Of a stretch of DNA of 64,000 bases, positions 39,776-51,175 are shown one piece after another. Position numbers and translations under genes: made by a program. Every line of letters starts with the position of its first letter. Positions within the stretch are counted from its first letter, which is position 1. The notes below the pieces were generated by a model. It had not been told where the DNA came from, did no database searches, and saw only the letters and a list, made by a program, of their open reading frames with translations. The stretch comes from Macrostomum lignano. Taxonomy: Eukaryota. The stretch spans positions 124,001 to 188,000 of the forward strand of contig NIVC01001810.1 in assembly GCA_002269645.1 (NCBI GenBank). The letters run 5' to 3'.

Positions 39776-40493
39776 CATCATGGTCCATGCGACGATTCGA
39801 ACCTGCAGGAGACTTACAGGCAACAGCCGTATGGCCCACCTTCGAACAGTTGAAGCACTTCTTGTCAGCAAACGGGCACTTCGCCGCGACGTGCCGCTGC
39901 GACCGGCAACGAAAGCAGCGTCTAGTGGACTGTGGCTGGTGGGCTATCTGAAAGGCGTCCTGACTCGCAGATTTCATCACGAGAATATTGCCCTCAGCGG
40001 CCGACGCTTGAGCTTGCGCCAGAGATATTGCGGTTTCGAGAGTCAGCTTCTTCTCCGAAAGAAGCCTTCGCTGGATGTTGTCGTCAGCGATGCCAAGCAC
40101 GAGCCAGTCTCTGATCATGTCATTCAGGCTGCCGCCGAAGTTGCAGTCCCGTGCCAGTCTGCGAAGATCCGCGAGAAAATCCGCAATCGATTCACCAACT
40201 TGGCGACTCCTGGAGTAGAAACGGTAACGTAGCACGATCTCAGGAGGCTCAGGGTCGAAATGCTCTTTCAGCTTAGCGCAGATCGCTGTGTAGCTGGACT
40301 GGGCAGGCGACTCTGGAGACAGCAGGCTGGCAAGCAACTGATCCGTCTTCTTGCCGCAGACGCTAAGGAGAACGGCACGCTTCTTCTCTTCTTTGATATC
40401 ATTGGCCTCAAAATACTGCTCCAGTCTTTCTTGGTACTGAATCCACTTTTCAGTGCCCTCTTCATAGGGTTCTATTGAGCCAACCAAGCTCAT
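39765..40493 (-). CDS. Retrotransposon Gag with two CCHC zinc knuckles
   Basis: ATG directly after PBS; MSLVGSIEPY..W..Y.ERLEQYF.AN; CFRC..H..C and CFNC..GH...C. Confidence 0.9.
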   Translation of the reverse strand: MSLVGSIEPYEEGTEKWIQYQERLEQYFEANDIKEEKKRAVLLSVCGKKTDQLLASLLSPESPAQSSYTAICAKLKEHFDPEPPEIVLRYRFYSRSRQVGESIADFLADLRRLARDCNFGGSLNDMIRDWLVLGIADDNIQRRLLSEKKLTLETAISLAQAQASAAEGNILVMKSASQDAFQIAHQPQSTRRCFRCRSQRHVAAKCPFADKKCFNCSKVGHTAVACKSPAGSNRRMDHDVRS

Positions 40494-40494
40494 G

Positions 40495-40505
40495 CCTCGT
40501 CGCCA
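40495..40505 (-). promoter_or_regulatory. Primer-binding site TGGCGACGAGG (complementary to 3' end of tRNA-Ser(GCU))
   Basis: 1 nt after 5' LTR; tRNA assignment from recalled eukaryotic tRNA-Ser(GCU) end CCTCGTCGCCA. Confidence 0.8.
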
Positions 40506-40506
40506 C

Positions 40507-40742
40507 TGTAAAGACTTAGTTTGCGTGGCAGAAAGATGCTTATGCGATAACATGATAAAATCATTCATATATGTACTTGTCGAAATAGTATTTTAACCGA
40601 TCAATAATTTGGGGACTGTAAAATAGACATATTAGTCACGTGCACGTACGCACAAAAGAACAAGCGAAGGAGAGAAGGGCACGATGGTAAAGTGTACGCA
40701 GCAACCCCCAGCACCCCACACAACGCAAACAAAGTCACTACA
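40507..40742 (-). repeat. 5' LTR (236 bp)
   Basis: Differs from 3' LTR by about 8 substitutions and one 5-bp indel (hand alignment). Confidence 0.95.
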
Positions 40743-40757
40743 CTAACCAACACTCAC

Positions 40758-41236
40758 CGGGTCCCATGGATGTAGCCGCTCTGCAGCTTCTTCACAGTAG
40801 AGTACAGAGCCGGCTGCACGGGCTGGTCGGGGCTGAAGTACCAGTGATAGACCGGCATGATAAACAGCGGGCGACCCACGGCAGCCCAGGTGCGCCGCAG
40901 GTAGGCCACGTGAGTCCTGAACTGGTCCAGCAGGAAGTCCAAGTCCAGGCTGAGGTAGAAGGAGTGGTGGTCCAGGAACTGCGGCGTGAAGGCCAGCATC
41001 TGGGAGCCCACGTTGTACAGGCGGCTGGTGGCGAGCACCCCCGCCTCCGAGCTCTGCCTGCCGGACAGGCCGAGCTGCTGGCACTGGCCGAGGTGGCTGT
41101 AGAAGTGGCCGAGCAGCTTGGCCGGGAAGATGCACACCCCAGTGTCCGACTGCACCTCGTCAAAGTCCTGAACACGCAGGCCCATGTGCCGCTCCAGGGC
41201 CGCTTGGATCTTCGAGTCCTCGGCGATGACCACCAC
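40758..41236 (-). CDS. PHKA: PHKA exon 3 (VVVIAED...TSRLY...FTPQFLDHHSFYL...KLQSGYIHGT)
   Basis: Conserved motifs; taacag| and CG|GTGAGT. Confidence 0.95.
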
Positions 41237-41254
41237 CTGTTAGGGTGTGGGGCG

Positions 41255-41712
41255 TAATGGCTCAGACCCCATTGTCAGCACACTCAGATCCCATTGTCAG
41301 CACACTCAGATCCCATTGTCAGCACACTCAGATCCCATTGTCAGCACACTCAGATCCCATTGTCAGCACACTCAGATCCCATTGTCAGCACACTCAGATC
41401 CCATTATCAGCACACTCAGATCCCATTGTCAGCACACTCAGATCCCATTGTCAGCACACTCAGATCCCATTGTCAGCACACTCAGATCCCATTGTCAGCA
41501 CACTCAGATCCCATTATCAGCACACTCAGATCCCATTGTCAGCGCACTCAGACCAGACCCCACCAAATCGCACTCAGACTCCACCAAATCGCACTCAGAC
41601 CCCACCAAATCGCACTCAGACCCCACCAAATCGCACTCAGACCCCACCAAATCGCACTCAGACCCCACCAAATCGCACTCAGACCCCACTAAATCGCACT
41701 CAGACCCCAGCA
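41255..41712. repeat. Two adjacent related minisatellites: 22-bp CACTCAGATCCCATTGTCAGCA and 21-bp CACTCAGACCCCACCAAATCG
   Basis: Fill PHKA intron 2. Confidence 0.94.
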
Positions 41713-41717
41713 CTCAC

Positions 41718-42171
41718 CTGCACCACCAAGTCGGGCTTGGCCTCCAGCGCCAGCCGCCGGCCCAGCGGGTCGATCTCCTGCGGGCGCAGGAAGCCGTCCA
41801 GCAGCAGCAGGCAGATGGTGTACACTGACTGGGACCACAGGTGCGGCAGGGCTCCCACCGGGTGCCGCTCCTGACTGCCGGGATTCGCCCGCTCCTCGGC
41901 CACCAGATCCGCTGGCACGGCGTACGACTCCGGCATGAGCGGCCGGCCGTGCCGGTCGGGCTGGGCGAGCCGCTCCAGCAGTGCGGCGTAGCGGCGGCTG
42001 CGGTCCTCGTCCTCATGGAACAGCGAGTCCAGCAGCAGGTAGCAGAAGAACAGAGGCCACTCGCATTCGATGTTCTCGAACTGCTTGAGCTCGCAGGGTT
42101 CATAGTGCAGGCGGGTCGGGTCCTCCACGGCTGTGCGGTAGCCGTCTCTGAGGAACCGGCAGCAGCCGTAT
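41718..42171 (-). CDS. PHKA: PHKA exon 2 (RYGCCRFLRDGY...FENIECEWPLF...KPDLVVQ)
   Basis: Highly conserved motifs; cgccag| and CAG|GTGAGT. Confidence 0.96.
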
Positions 42172-42519
42172 CTGGCGGGGCGGCAAATTTGGCGCAAGGA
42201 AATTTCTAATATTTCTACTGGCAGTAGAGTAGCGAGGATATGCGCACAAAAATCGCAGTTTTACAAAAATAAAAACCTGACAAATTTGCATGGAGCATCA
42301 GCTGATCAGGCAGAATTATTTGATGAAATCTGTAGAGCTGATGAGTGAGTGACACTGCATGAAAGCGTGTGGGGGCAGAGGGGCAGGATAGAGAATGCAC
42401 TGGGTCTGTTACTTAGGCCACAGGAGGAGCTGAACTAGATTAGGCAAATCTGATAACATTATTGCACATTTATAATTATTGTAATTAGGCTGGCAATGAG
42501 ACGGAAGGACAGACAGACA

Positions 42520-42577
42520 GCATAGACAGCCAAGCACTAAGACAGACAGACACACAGATAGACAGACAGACACTAAG

Positions 42578-42627
<50 letters not shown>

Positions 42628-42718
42628 CACAGATAGACAGACAGAAAGACAGACAGACAGACAGAAAGACAGACAGACAGACAGACAGACACACAGATAG
42701 ACAGACAGACAGACAGAA

Positions 42719-42783
<65 letters not shown>

Positions 42784-42785
42784 CA
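42520..42785. repeat. (GACA)n microsatellite
   Basis: Seen directly. Confidence 0.96.
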
Positions 42786-42797
42786 TGCGGCACAGAC

Positions 42798-43651
42798 CTG
42801 CCCTCCAGCACGGACACGATGCAGTCCCTGGTGCTGTTCACCACATCCTCATTATCGATGGCGAAGGCCGGGTAGCTGATGACGGACAGCAGGCCGGCGT
42901 CAGTCTCCTTGGAGCAGCTCTCCCTGGGCAGCATGCTCTCCAGCACCGCGGCGCAGCTCTGCGGATCGTCGGCCATGACGTGCACGAAGGAGCGGGTGCC
43001 GCCGGAGCTGCCGAAGAGGTCGAGCTCGGCCAGGGCCTCCAGCGCGGCCTTCGCCATGCCGATGGAGGTGGAGTTGAGCTCGGGCAGGCCGTGGTTGGTT
43101 TTGTCCCCGCGCTCCCAGATCCCATAGTCGGACACGGTGTAGGCCGACTCCAGGTAGAACACCAGGTTCTGCACGAAGGCCACCTCCTCGGGTGTGTAGA
43201 TGAGCACCAGGCCGGAGGCGGTCATCTGTGCCAGCGCCAGCAGGTACAGGGACACGGCGTCCAGCTGCAGGTGGCCGTACTCGCCGTCCCCAGTCACCGG
43301 GCCGAGGTCGCTGGCCGAGAATTTGCAGTGCAGCGCGTCCAGCGGCTGCCGGCTGGTCTTGAAGCGCTCGAGCTTGTCGGACTGGCGCATCATGCAGTGC
43401 AGCAGGCTGCGCATGCACTTCACCGCCCGGCCTTCCAGGTCCTTCAGGCGGGCGCGGTCCTCGTCAGCTTCGGCCACCTTCTTGTAGGCGAGGGCAAGAG
43501 CCCACACGCACATGGCCGCATAGGTGTTGTCCCGGATGTAGGCGTGGTCCTGCTGCTCCGAGGTGGCCACCAGGCCTGTCACCGGGTTCTGGCGGTGCAG
43601 CACCGTGTCCAGGACCAGGCCGTGGTAGAACTCCAGCTGACGACGGGACGC
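42798..43651 (-). CDS. PHKA: PHKA first coding exon in the window (no ATG; begins at a splice acceptor)
   Basis: [59 protein letters not shown]; cccgcag|GCG (phase 0) and AG|GTCTGT. Confidence 0.96.
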
Positions 43652-43734
43652 CTGCGGGTTTTTAATAAGAGAGCTCGAAGTCTTCGGCTCTTTGGATTGG
43701 AACTTCTTTCTTGTCTTTTTCTCAGTTTTCTTGG

Positions 43735-44900
43735 AAATTGAGATTCTAGGGATTGGGATTCTAGGAATTGAGATTCTAGGAATTGAGATTCTAGGAATTG
43801 GGATTCTAGGAATTGGGATTCTTGGTATTGGGATTCTTGGTATTGGGATTCTAGGAATTGGGATTCTAGGAATTGAGATTCTAGGAATTGGGATTCTAGG
43901 AATTGGGATTCTAGGAATTGAGATTCTAGGGATTGGGATTCTAGGAATTGGGATTCTAGGACTTGGGATTCTAGGAATTGGGATTCTAGGGATTGGGATT
44001 CTAGGAATTGGGATTCTAGGACTTGGGATTCTAGGAATTGGGATTCTAGGAATTGGGATTCTAGGAATTGGGATTCTAGGACTTGGGATTCTAGGGATTG
44101 GGATTCTAGTTATTATGATTCTAGGAATTGGGATTCTAGGAATTGGGATTCTAGGGATTGGGATTCTAGTTATTATGATTCTAGGAATTGGGATTCTAGG
44201 AATTGGGATTCTAGGGATTGGGATTCTAGGAATTGGGATTCTAGGGATTGGGATTCTAGAAATTGGGATTCTAGGAATTGGGATTCTAGGACTTGGGATT
44301 CTAGGAATTGGGATTCTAGGAAATGGGATTCTAGGAATTGGGATTCTAGGAATTGGGATTCTTGGTATTGGGATTCTAGGGATTGGGATTCTAGGAATTG
44401 GGATTCTAGGAATTGGGATTCTAGGAATTGAGATTCTAGGAATTGGGATTCTAGGAATTGGGATTCTAGGAATTGGGATTCTAGGAATTGGGATTCTTGG
44501 TATTGGGATTCTAGGGATTGGGATTCTAGGAATTGGGATTCTAGGAATTGGGATTCTAGGACTTGGGATTCTAGGGATTGGGATTCTAGTTATTATGATT
44601 CTAGGAATTGGGATTCTAGGAATTGGGATTCTAGGAATTGGGATTCTAGGAATTGGGATTCTAGGGATTGGGATTCTAGTTATTATGATTCTAGGAATTG
44701 GGATTCTAGGAATTGGGATTCTAGGGATTGGGATTCTAGGGATTGGGATTCTAGGAATTGGGATTCTAGAAATTGGGATTCTAGGAATTGGGATTCTAGG
44801 AATTGGGATTCTAGGGATTGGGATTCTAAGGTTTGGGATTCTAGGAGAACTGGGAATCTGGGAGAGTTAGGATTCCAAGAATTGGGATTTTGTTAATAGG
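43735..44900. repeat. 15-bp minisatellite (GGGATTCTAGGAATT)
   Basis: About 75 copies; ILGIG ORF is an artefact. Confidence 0.97.
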
Positions 44901-45419
44901 GATTTTAATAACAAAGATTTTAAATATAAAAAATTATCATAGAAAATATACTTTAATTTAAAAAAGTTCATTTAATTATTTCTCTACTTTTAATAAGACA
45001 TTCATATTAGCATAAAATAGAAAAATGGTTATATATTTTGCATAAACTCAAACCAAGATTCCTATTTAGCCCCAGATTAATTAATATGACTATACTTGGA
45101 ATTTAGTCAAAGCTGTTAGAATACTGGGTGCATAAATTAAAACATTACACTTACAAAAATATTTTTATATACAGTGACCAAATGACTTCTTACAATTACA
45201 TTAAAATGTACACTTAATAATGTACACTTCTATATATATATCTATATATCATTATCAGCAAAACTAGAAAGTTATTCAATAAATTCTCTACTAGCTTCTA
45301 GGACTCTCTAGAGCTCTACAGCTCTAGCAACCTCCTTGTTTGGAATTTTCTCCCATGCCCTACAGATAGTAGCACATAGATCTGCCACACTCCTATGTTA
45401 AATTTGACAGGCCTCCTTC

Positions 45420-45725
45420 TTTGCACATACCCAAAAATAGAAGTATGAGAAGATATACACATGTCTCCTTCTCTGCACATACCCAAGAATAGAAGTCTAA
45501 GAAGATATACACATGTCTCCTTCTCTGCACATACCCAAGAATAGAAGTCTAAGAAGATATACACATGTCTCCTTCTCTGCACATACCCAAAAATAGAAGT
45601 CTGAGAAGATATACACATGTTTCCTTCTCTGCACATACCCAAAAATAGAAGTCTGAGAAGATATACACATGTCTCCTTCTCTGCACATACCCAAAAATAG
45701 AAGTCTAAGAAGATATACACATGTT
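45420..45725. repeat. 52-bp minisatellite, ~5.5 copies
   Basis: Units start at 45457 and 45509. Confidence 0.93.
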
Positions 45726-47875
45726 TATCATAGGACTTCAGCCACTTTAGCAGACCCCTAGTCTGTTGCACAAAAATACTTCTAGTTGGCAAACACTATG
45801 ACAGGCAGTTACAATAGTCCTGCTATGCTATACAAGGCTAGATCTTCTTTGAATCTTTGATGAGTTTCCATATTATAGAGTTAGCCATATTAAAGTCACA
45901 TGCTAGCTGTTAGATGCTCCTCCTAGGATTTCAACAAATCTGTTATTTTATAGCAGAGTAAGATGTACAGGAGCATCTACTATCATGCTAAGCTTTCATG
46001 TCCTCAGTCTTATTAAAGAGCTTTTCAGTTTGATAGACTTTGTCTTGAGATACCTAATGGTCTTACAATTGATACTAGCTTCTTATCCACATAAAGCTTT
46101 TTCAACAATCTTTTTTCAAACCTCCTTGTACTTGGCCATTTCAAAAGCAAATGGAATCAAATTTTATATATAAGCTTTAGACCTTTAATGTCACTTGTTT
46201 ATATATTTAGGCCCCTATAGCCCCAAAAAATGAAAAACAAAAACAAAAACAAGAGGTTCAAGTGTAAAATTTTAATATGTGCACTCAATATTACTAGAGC
46301 ACTATACAAGACTAATAGATTAGGTTATGGCCTACTAATCAAGTATTCAAATGAGTTAAAAATAATAATTTATCAAAAAAGATATTTTTATTTTTTAAGT
46401 TTTTTTTTATTCTAGCTAGATTAAAGCTAGCCAATAAGCCCATAGGCAATTCTAGACTTAAATTAGAGGATTATCTTATTTTTTCTACTATCATTAGGAT
46501 TGCTATATATACTTGATTTTTTATTAAACGTAGAACTGAAGCTTTAAAATTGACTCAAATAACTTGATTTATCAAAAATACTTAACCATATGCTCTTTTT
46601 TAGGCCTATTTAAAATTTTTAGAAAAAAATATTTTTAAGTTTGTAAAATAATTTTAGTTTTATAGTTTTTTTCCTTTAAACTTTTCATGCAATATTTTTT
46701 TAATTGAAAATGTTATATGTTCGCAGGTATATGATCGCAGGTATCAAGATTCAAGATTCATGGTTTGGATCGAAATGAAAGAAAACATTTTGAAAGCGAA
46801 GAGAAGCAAAACTCCGAATTTATGGTCTTAATATCTTTCCAAGGGTGTTCTAATAATACTATGATAAGCCTATTTGGCTTGATTAAAACAATTCATCTTC
46901 AATGACCTTAATTGAACAGCATTCATTTCTATGTAAATTTCTCATTCAAATAACCGCCACTGTCGTACTTTTCTGAAAATTTTCGTGACTGTTCCGGAAT
47001 CTTTTCACATTGCTAATCCGTGCTTTGCTTCTGTTTCATACGTTTCTGTTTCGATATCCAACCAAGCCGTCGGGAACGGGTGTAGTGGTATAGAAGAGCA
47101 GTCATGAAAAGAGTTTGACTGCTCTAATCCACCGGTCTGGGCCAGGCGTCAGTCGGGGGCGGTTTTGCTGGCTTGGCACGAAATGGTGCCATCAGTCTCA
47201 TTGTGGTTTGTCAAAATCGCCTCAATAAGATATTTTTTCCAATATTTTGCTTTTCTTTCATCCTTCCACTATAGGTTGCTTTGTTTTTGGGGTATAGAAA
47301 TGCGGACGCAGTTCGCTCATTGACCACAATTGGATACCCTGGGCCGTGATGTCATTGTAAATTCATGAATTAATAAATCTTTGAGACTAGTTCATAAGGA
47401 TGAAAAAGACCTTTACAGCGGAATTTCACTGACCCAGAGACTCAAGCGGCTCTCCCATGAATTTTCACATTCTGCTGTGTTCCCCCTTCGCTCCGCCCAA
47501 TTCCTTTCCATTTCCTTGTTCCCGCTTGCCCTAGCAACGCTTTTCATCGTAGCTTATGCGCGGAAGGCGCGACTTTCAGACAGCCGCGTGTGGTGAGTTC
47601 CTGAGCCTCCCAGCCAACCAGCTCAAGCAGGGAGAGAGGGGGAGCAGCTGCTACAACTCATCTGCTTTGTGTTAGATCCGGTTTTGCTTGCAATGCCTGG
47701 CTAAAGGTAGCACTCATCCCCACCCCATGGCAAGGCCTTCTTTTCAAGGAAGTGTGTAAAGCTTGAGAGTAAAGCAGTTCGCCTATAGGGAGAGCCTGAA
47801 CAACAATCGAAGGCTGAGAGGGATATCCTTAGTTATTATTTATCCAGTCATAAATTGCATAATACGGCCAGAGCT

Positions 47876-47914
47876 ATGCTCGGAATAAACGTCACGAACA
47901 AGACCTCCCTGATG
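47876..47914 (+). CDS. GLUL: Glutamine synthetase alternative first coding exon 1a (MLGINVTNKTSLM)
   Basis: ATG...CTGATG|GTGAGT; phase 0; homologous to exon 1b. Confidence 0.6.
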
Positions 47915-48018
47915 GTGAGTCATCAGTGGGACTGGATCCTTATTGATAATAAACAATATTTTCGATTAACAAAGGTCAGCGATTAACAAAAAAGGTAATT
48001 TGAGAAAAGCTGCTCAAC

Positions 48019-48054
48019 ATGAATGCCCACTGCATTCATAAGGCGACTCTGATG
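48019..48054 (+). CDS. GLUL: Glutamine synthetase first coding exon 1b (MNAHCIHKATLM)
   Basis: ATG...CTGATG|GTGAGG; joined to exon 2 gives HKATLMRYLGLPQ, like animal GS N-termini. Confidence 0.7.
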
Positions 48055-48264
48055 GTGAGGCAGATTCGCTTAACCTCACTCAGCTCTTATTGATTTCCAC
48101 GGTCCAGTTGCAAGTTAGCTGCAAGTTAAGCAGAGCCGGCTGTGGTTAGTACGCAGATGAACAGGCTTGCGTCAGGCAGCTGAGCTCCAGTTCAGGCTCG
48201 CATTTCTATTCCATAATCCCATTTGGTTGCTATGCTGGTTACTGTGCTGCCACCTCACCGACAG

Positions 48265-48388
48265 AGGTACCTGGGCCTGCCGCAGCCCGAGGACAAGGTG
48301 CAGTGCATGTACATCTGGATTGACAGCACCGGGGAGAACCTGCGGGCCAAGACTCGAACTGTTGAAACCGTGCCGAAAGATCCCAAAG
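48265..48388 (+). CDS. GLUL: Glutamine synthetase (type II) exon 2
   Basis: [32 protein letters not shown]; gacag| and AAAG|GTGAGC. Confidence 0.93.
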
Positions 48389-48489
48389 GTGAGCAGTTGA
48401 GACTGAGTTGATGAGGCACTCAGGGCTAAAGTACAAAGCTCTTAATGCTTAGCGCGCTTTTTCAGGTGGCATCGGGCGCTCGGGACTCA

Positions 48490-48935
48490 GTGAGTTCTCT
48501 GATTTCTGTGTCATTGATGAGGCTGAGAGACTGGGGATTGGGAAAGCTGTGAGTTCTCTGATTTCTGTGTCATTGATGAGGCTGAGAGACTGGGGATTGG
48601 GAAAGCTGTGAGTTCTCTGATTTCTGTGTCATTGATGAGGCTGGGAGACTGGGGATTGGGAAAGCTGTGAGTTCTCTGATTTCTGTGCCATTGATGAGGC
48701 TGAGAGACTGGGGATGGGGGCAGTGAGTAGAGTGGGGATGGGCAGTGAGTAGAGTGGGGATGGGGCAGTGAGTAGAGTGGGGATGGGCAGTGAGTAGACT
48801 GGGGATGGGCAGTGAGTAGAGTGGGGATGGGGCAGTGAGTAGAGTGGGGATGGGCAGTAAGTAGACTGGGGATGGGCAGTGAGTAGACTGGGGATGGGCA
48901 GTGAGTAGAGTGGGGATGGGGCAGTGAGTAGAGTG
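48490..48935. repeat. ~57-bp repeat (4 copies) followed by 22-23-bp GGGATGGGCAGTGAGTAGAGTG array
   Basis: Seen directly in GS intron 2. Confidence 0.9.
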
Positions 48936-49722
48936 GAGAAATGATGAGGCAAAGTCAGAAGCAGGAAGCCAAGAGCTGAGGGAGTCAGCAGTGCAGAAAG
49001 CCAGCCACTCCTGCCAGCCCACAGAAATTGGGTGCCCCCACAAGCCAAGCTGCAGGCTGAGCCGGCCTGAGCAGCGGCTCACAGAGGCTGCATCGATCTG
49101 TAACAGCTCACCTGGCAGAGGCTGTGAGAATTCAGAGAGCCTTGCCGCCGGGCTCCTCTGAATGAATTGTGCAGGACCCGTCTCCCCCCACCGCCCTGCC
49201 GTCAGGCAGCTCAGCTTGCAGCTCAATGCACTTCAAAGACAGGCGAACTCAGAGACTGAGATGCTGTTCCATTCTTACCTTTTGAATTTCTCAGCTGCCT
49301 TTGCATTCCACCCAGTGGATTGTGTTTCACACCCAAATTTTCCCTTTCAGCCTTTCAGCTTGTATTTGCACTTTTGTTGCTAGGATACCAGTGAGACTCA
49401 ACGGGTGATGTGTGGAAAATGATTCAAAACATGATACTACGATACTACTATGAGAAAAGTAGTATACTGGGTAATTTAAGTAGGCCAGCCGACTTGCCTG
49501 CCAAAAATCATAAGAACAATTAGTAATATGAGAATATTATACATTTAGTATAGGTGGACTAGCGCACAGCCCCCCCCTTAGGGGTTCATAAAGTAATATA
49601 TAATATTTTCTGCACCTTGTTACAGACTGAAAATGATGCTAAATATGTGTAGACATACATCAACTTCCCAAATTATCCCATGAGTGCACTCGCACCTAAA
49701 TCCACTCCCCGAGCTCCCGCAG

Positions 49723-50171
49723 ACCTGCCCATCTGGAACTTCGATGGCTCCAGCACGGGCCAGGCGGAGGGCCAGAACTCTGACGTCATGCTGCACCCCG
49801 TGGCGCTGTTCAACGACCCGTTCCGCGGCGGCTCCAACAAGCTGGTGCTGTGCGAGACCTGCGGCCACGACGGCGAGCCGCTGCCCAGCAACAAGCGGCG
49901 CACCTGCCAGCAGGTGATGGAGCAGGCCAAGGAGTTCAAGCCCTGGTTCGGCATCGAGCAGGAGTACACCATGCTGGACACCGACGGGCACCCGTTCGGC
50001 TGGCCCAAGAACGGCTTTCCCGGGCCGCAGGGTCCCTACTACACCGGGGTCGGGGCCCGCAATGTCTACGGCAGGGACGTGGTGGAGTCTCACTACCGGG
50101 CCTGCATGTACGCTGGGGTGAAGATTGCCGGCACCAATGCTGAGGTCATGCCGGCTCAGTGGGAGTTTCAG
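49723..50171 (+). CDS. GLUL: Glutamine synthetase exon 3
   Basis: [45 protein letters not shown]; cccgcag| and CAG|GTGAGC. Confidence 0.97.
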
Positions 50172-50189
50172 GTGAGCTGCTGTGGCATT

Positions 50190-51030
50190 TTGCTTGATTT
50201 TCTGACATTCTGCTTGATTGTCTAACATTCTGCTTGATTGTCTGACACCCTGCTTGATTGTCTAACATTCTGCTTGATTGTCTAACACCCTGCTTGATTG
50301 TCTGACACCCTGCTTGATTGTCTGACACCCTGCTTGATTGTCTGACACCCTGCTTGATTGTCTAACATTCTACTTGATTGTCTAACATTCTGCTTGATTG
50401 TCTAACATTCTGCTTGATTGTCTAACATTCTGCTTGATTGTCTGACACCCTGCTTGATTGTCTGACACCCTGCTTGATTGTCTAACATTCTACTTGATTG
50501 TCTAACATTCTGCTTGATTGTCTGACATTCTGCTTGATTGTCTAACATTCTGCTTGATTGTCTAACATTCTGCTTGATTGTCTAACATTCTGCTTGATTG
50601 TCTAACATTCTGCTTGATTGTCTAACATTCTGCTTGATTGTCTGACATTCTGCTTGATTGTCTAACATTCTACTTGATTGTCTAACATTCTGCTTGATTG
50701 TCTGACATTCTGCTTGATTGTCTAACATTCTACTTGATTGTCTAACATTCTGCTTGATTGTCTGACAACCTGCTTGATTGTCTGACAACCTGCTTGATTG
50801 TCTGACATTCTGCTTGATTGTCTAACATTCTACTTGATTGTCTAACATTCTGCTTGATTGTCTGACATTCTGCTTGATTGTCTAACATTCTACTTGATTG
50901 TCTAACATTCTGCTTGATTGTCTGACAACCTGCTTGATTGTCTGACAACCTGCTTGATTGTCTGACATTCTGCTTGATTGTCTGACACCCTGCTTGATTG
51001 TCTGACACCTTGCTTGATTGTCTGACACCC
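50190..51030. repeat. 20-bp minisatellite (TGCTTGATTGTCTRACAYYC)
   Basis: About 42 copies in exact register. Confidence 0.97.
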
Positions 51031-51175
51031 TCCTGGTCCCTGAAACTCATTGGCGATTTCCAGTTAGAGTGAACTGCAAGAGAAATGAAAATCCCTTCTG
51101 CCCTACTCAAACAGTGGCGGGCAGTAGTTCGTACCGCACACTCACACAGACAGCCGACCCAAACCCCGCCGCCAG

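Larger units (their letters stand above)
37601..40742 (-). mobile_element. Ty3/Gypsy (Mag-like) LTR retrotransposon, internally deleted (3142 bp), in PHKA intron 3
   Basis: TG...CA LTRs at 40507..40742 and 37601..37841; 5-bp TSD CTAAC (37596-600, 40743-47); PBS TGGCGACGAGG; PPT GGGGAGGAG; gag with two CCHC knuckles, protease DTG, RT, C-terminal integrase remnant. Confidence 0.96.

Noticed and set aside
42330-42375. CTGATGAG...GAAA hammerhead ribozyme core
   Set aside because: Stem II is weak and no stems I/III or NUH cleavage site can be formed; other CTGATGA hits also fail.
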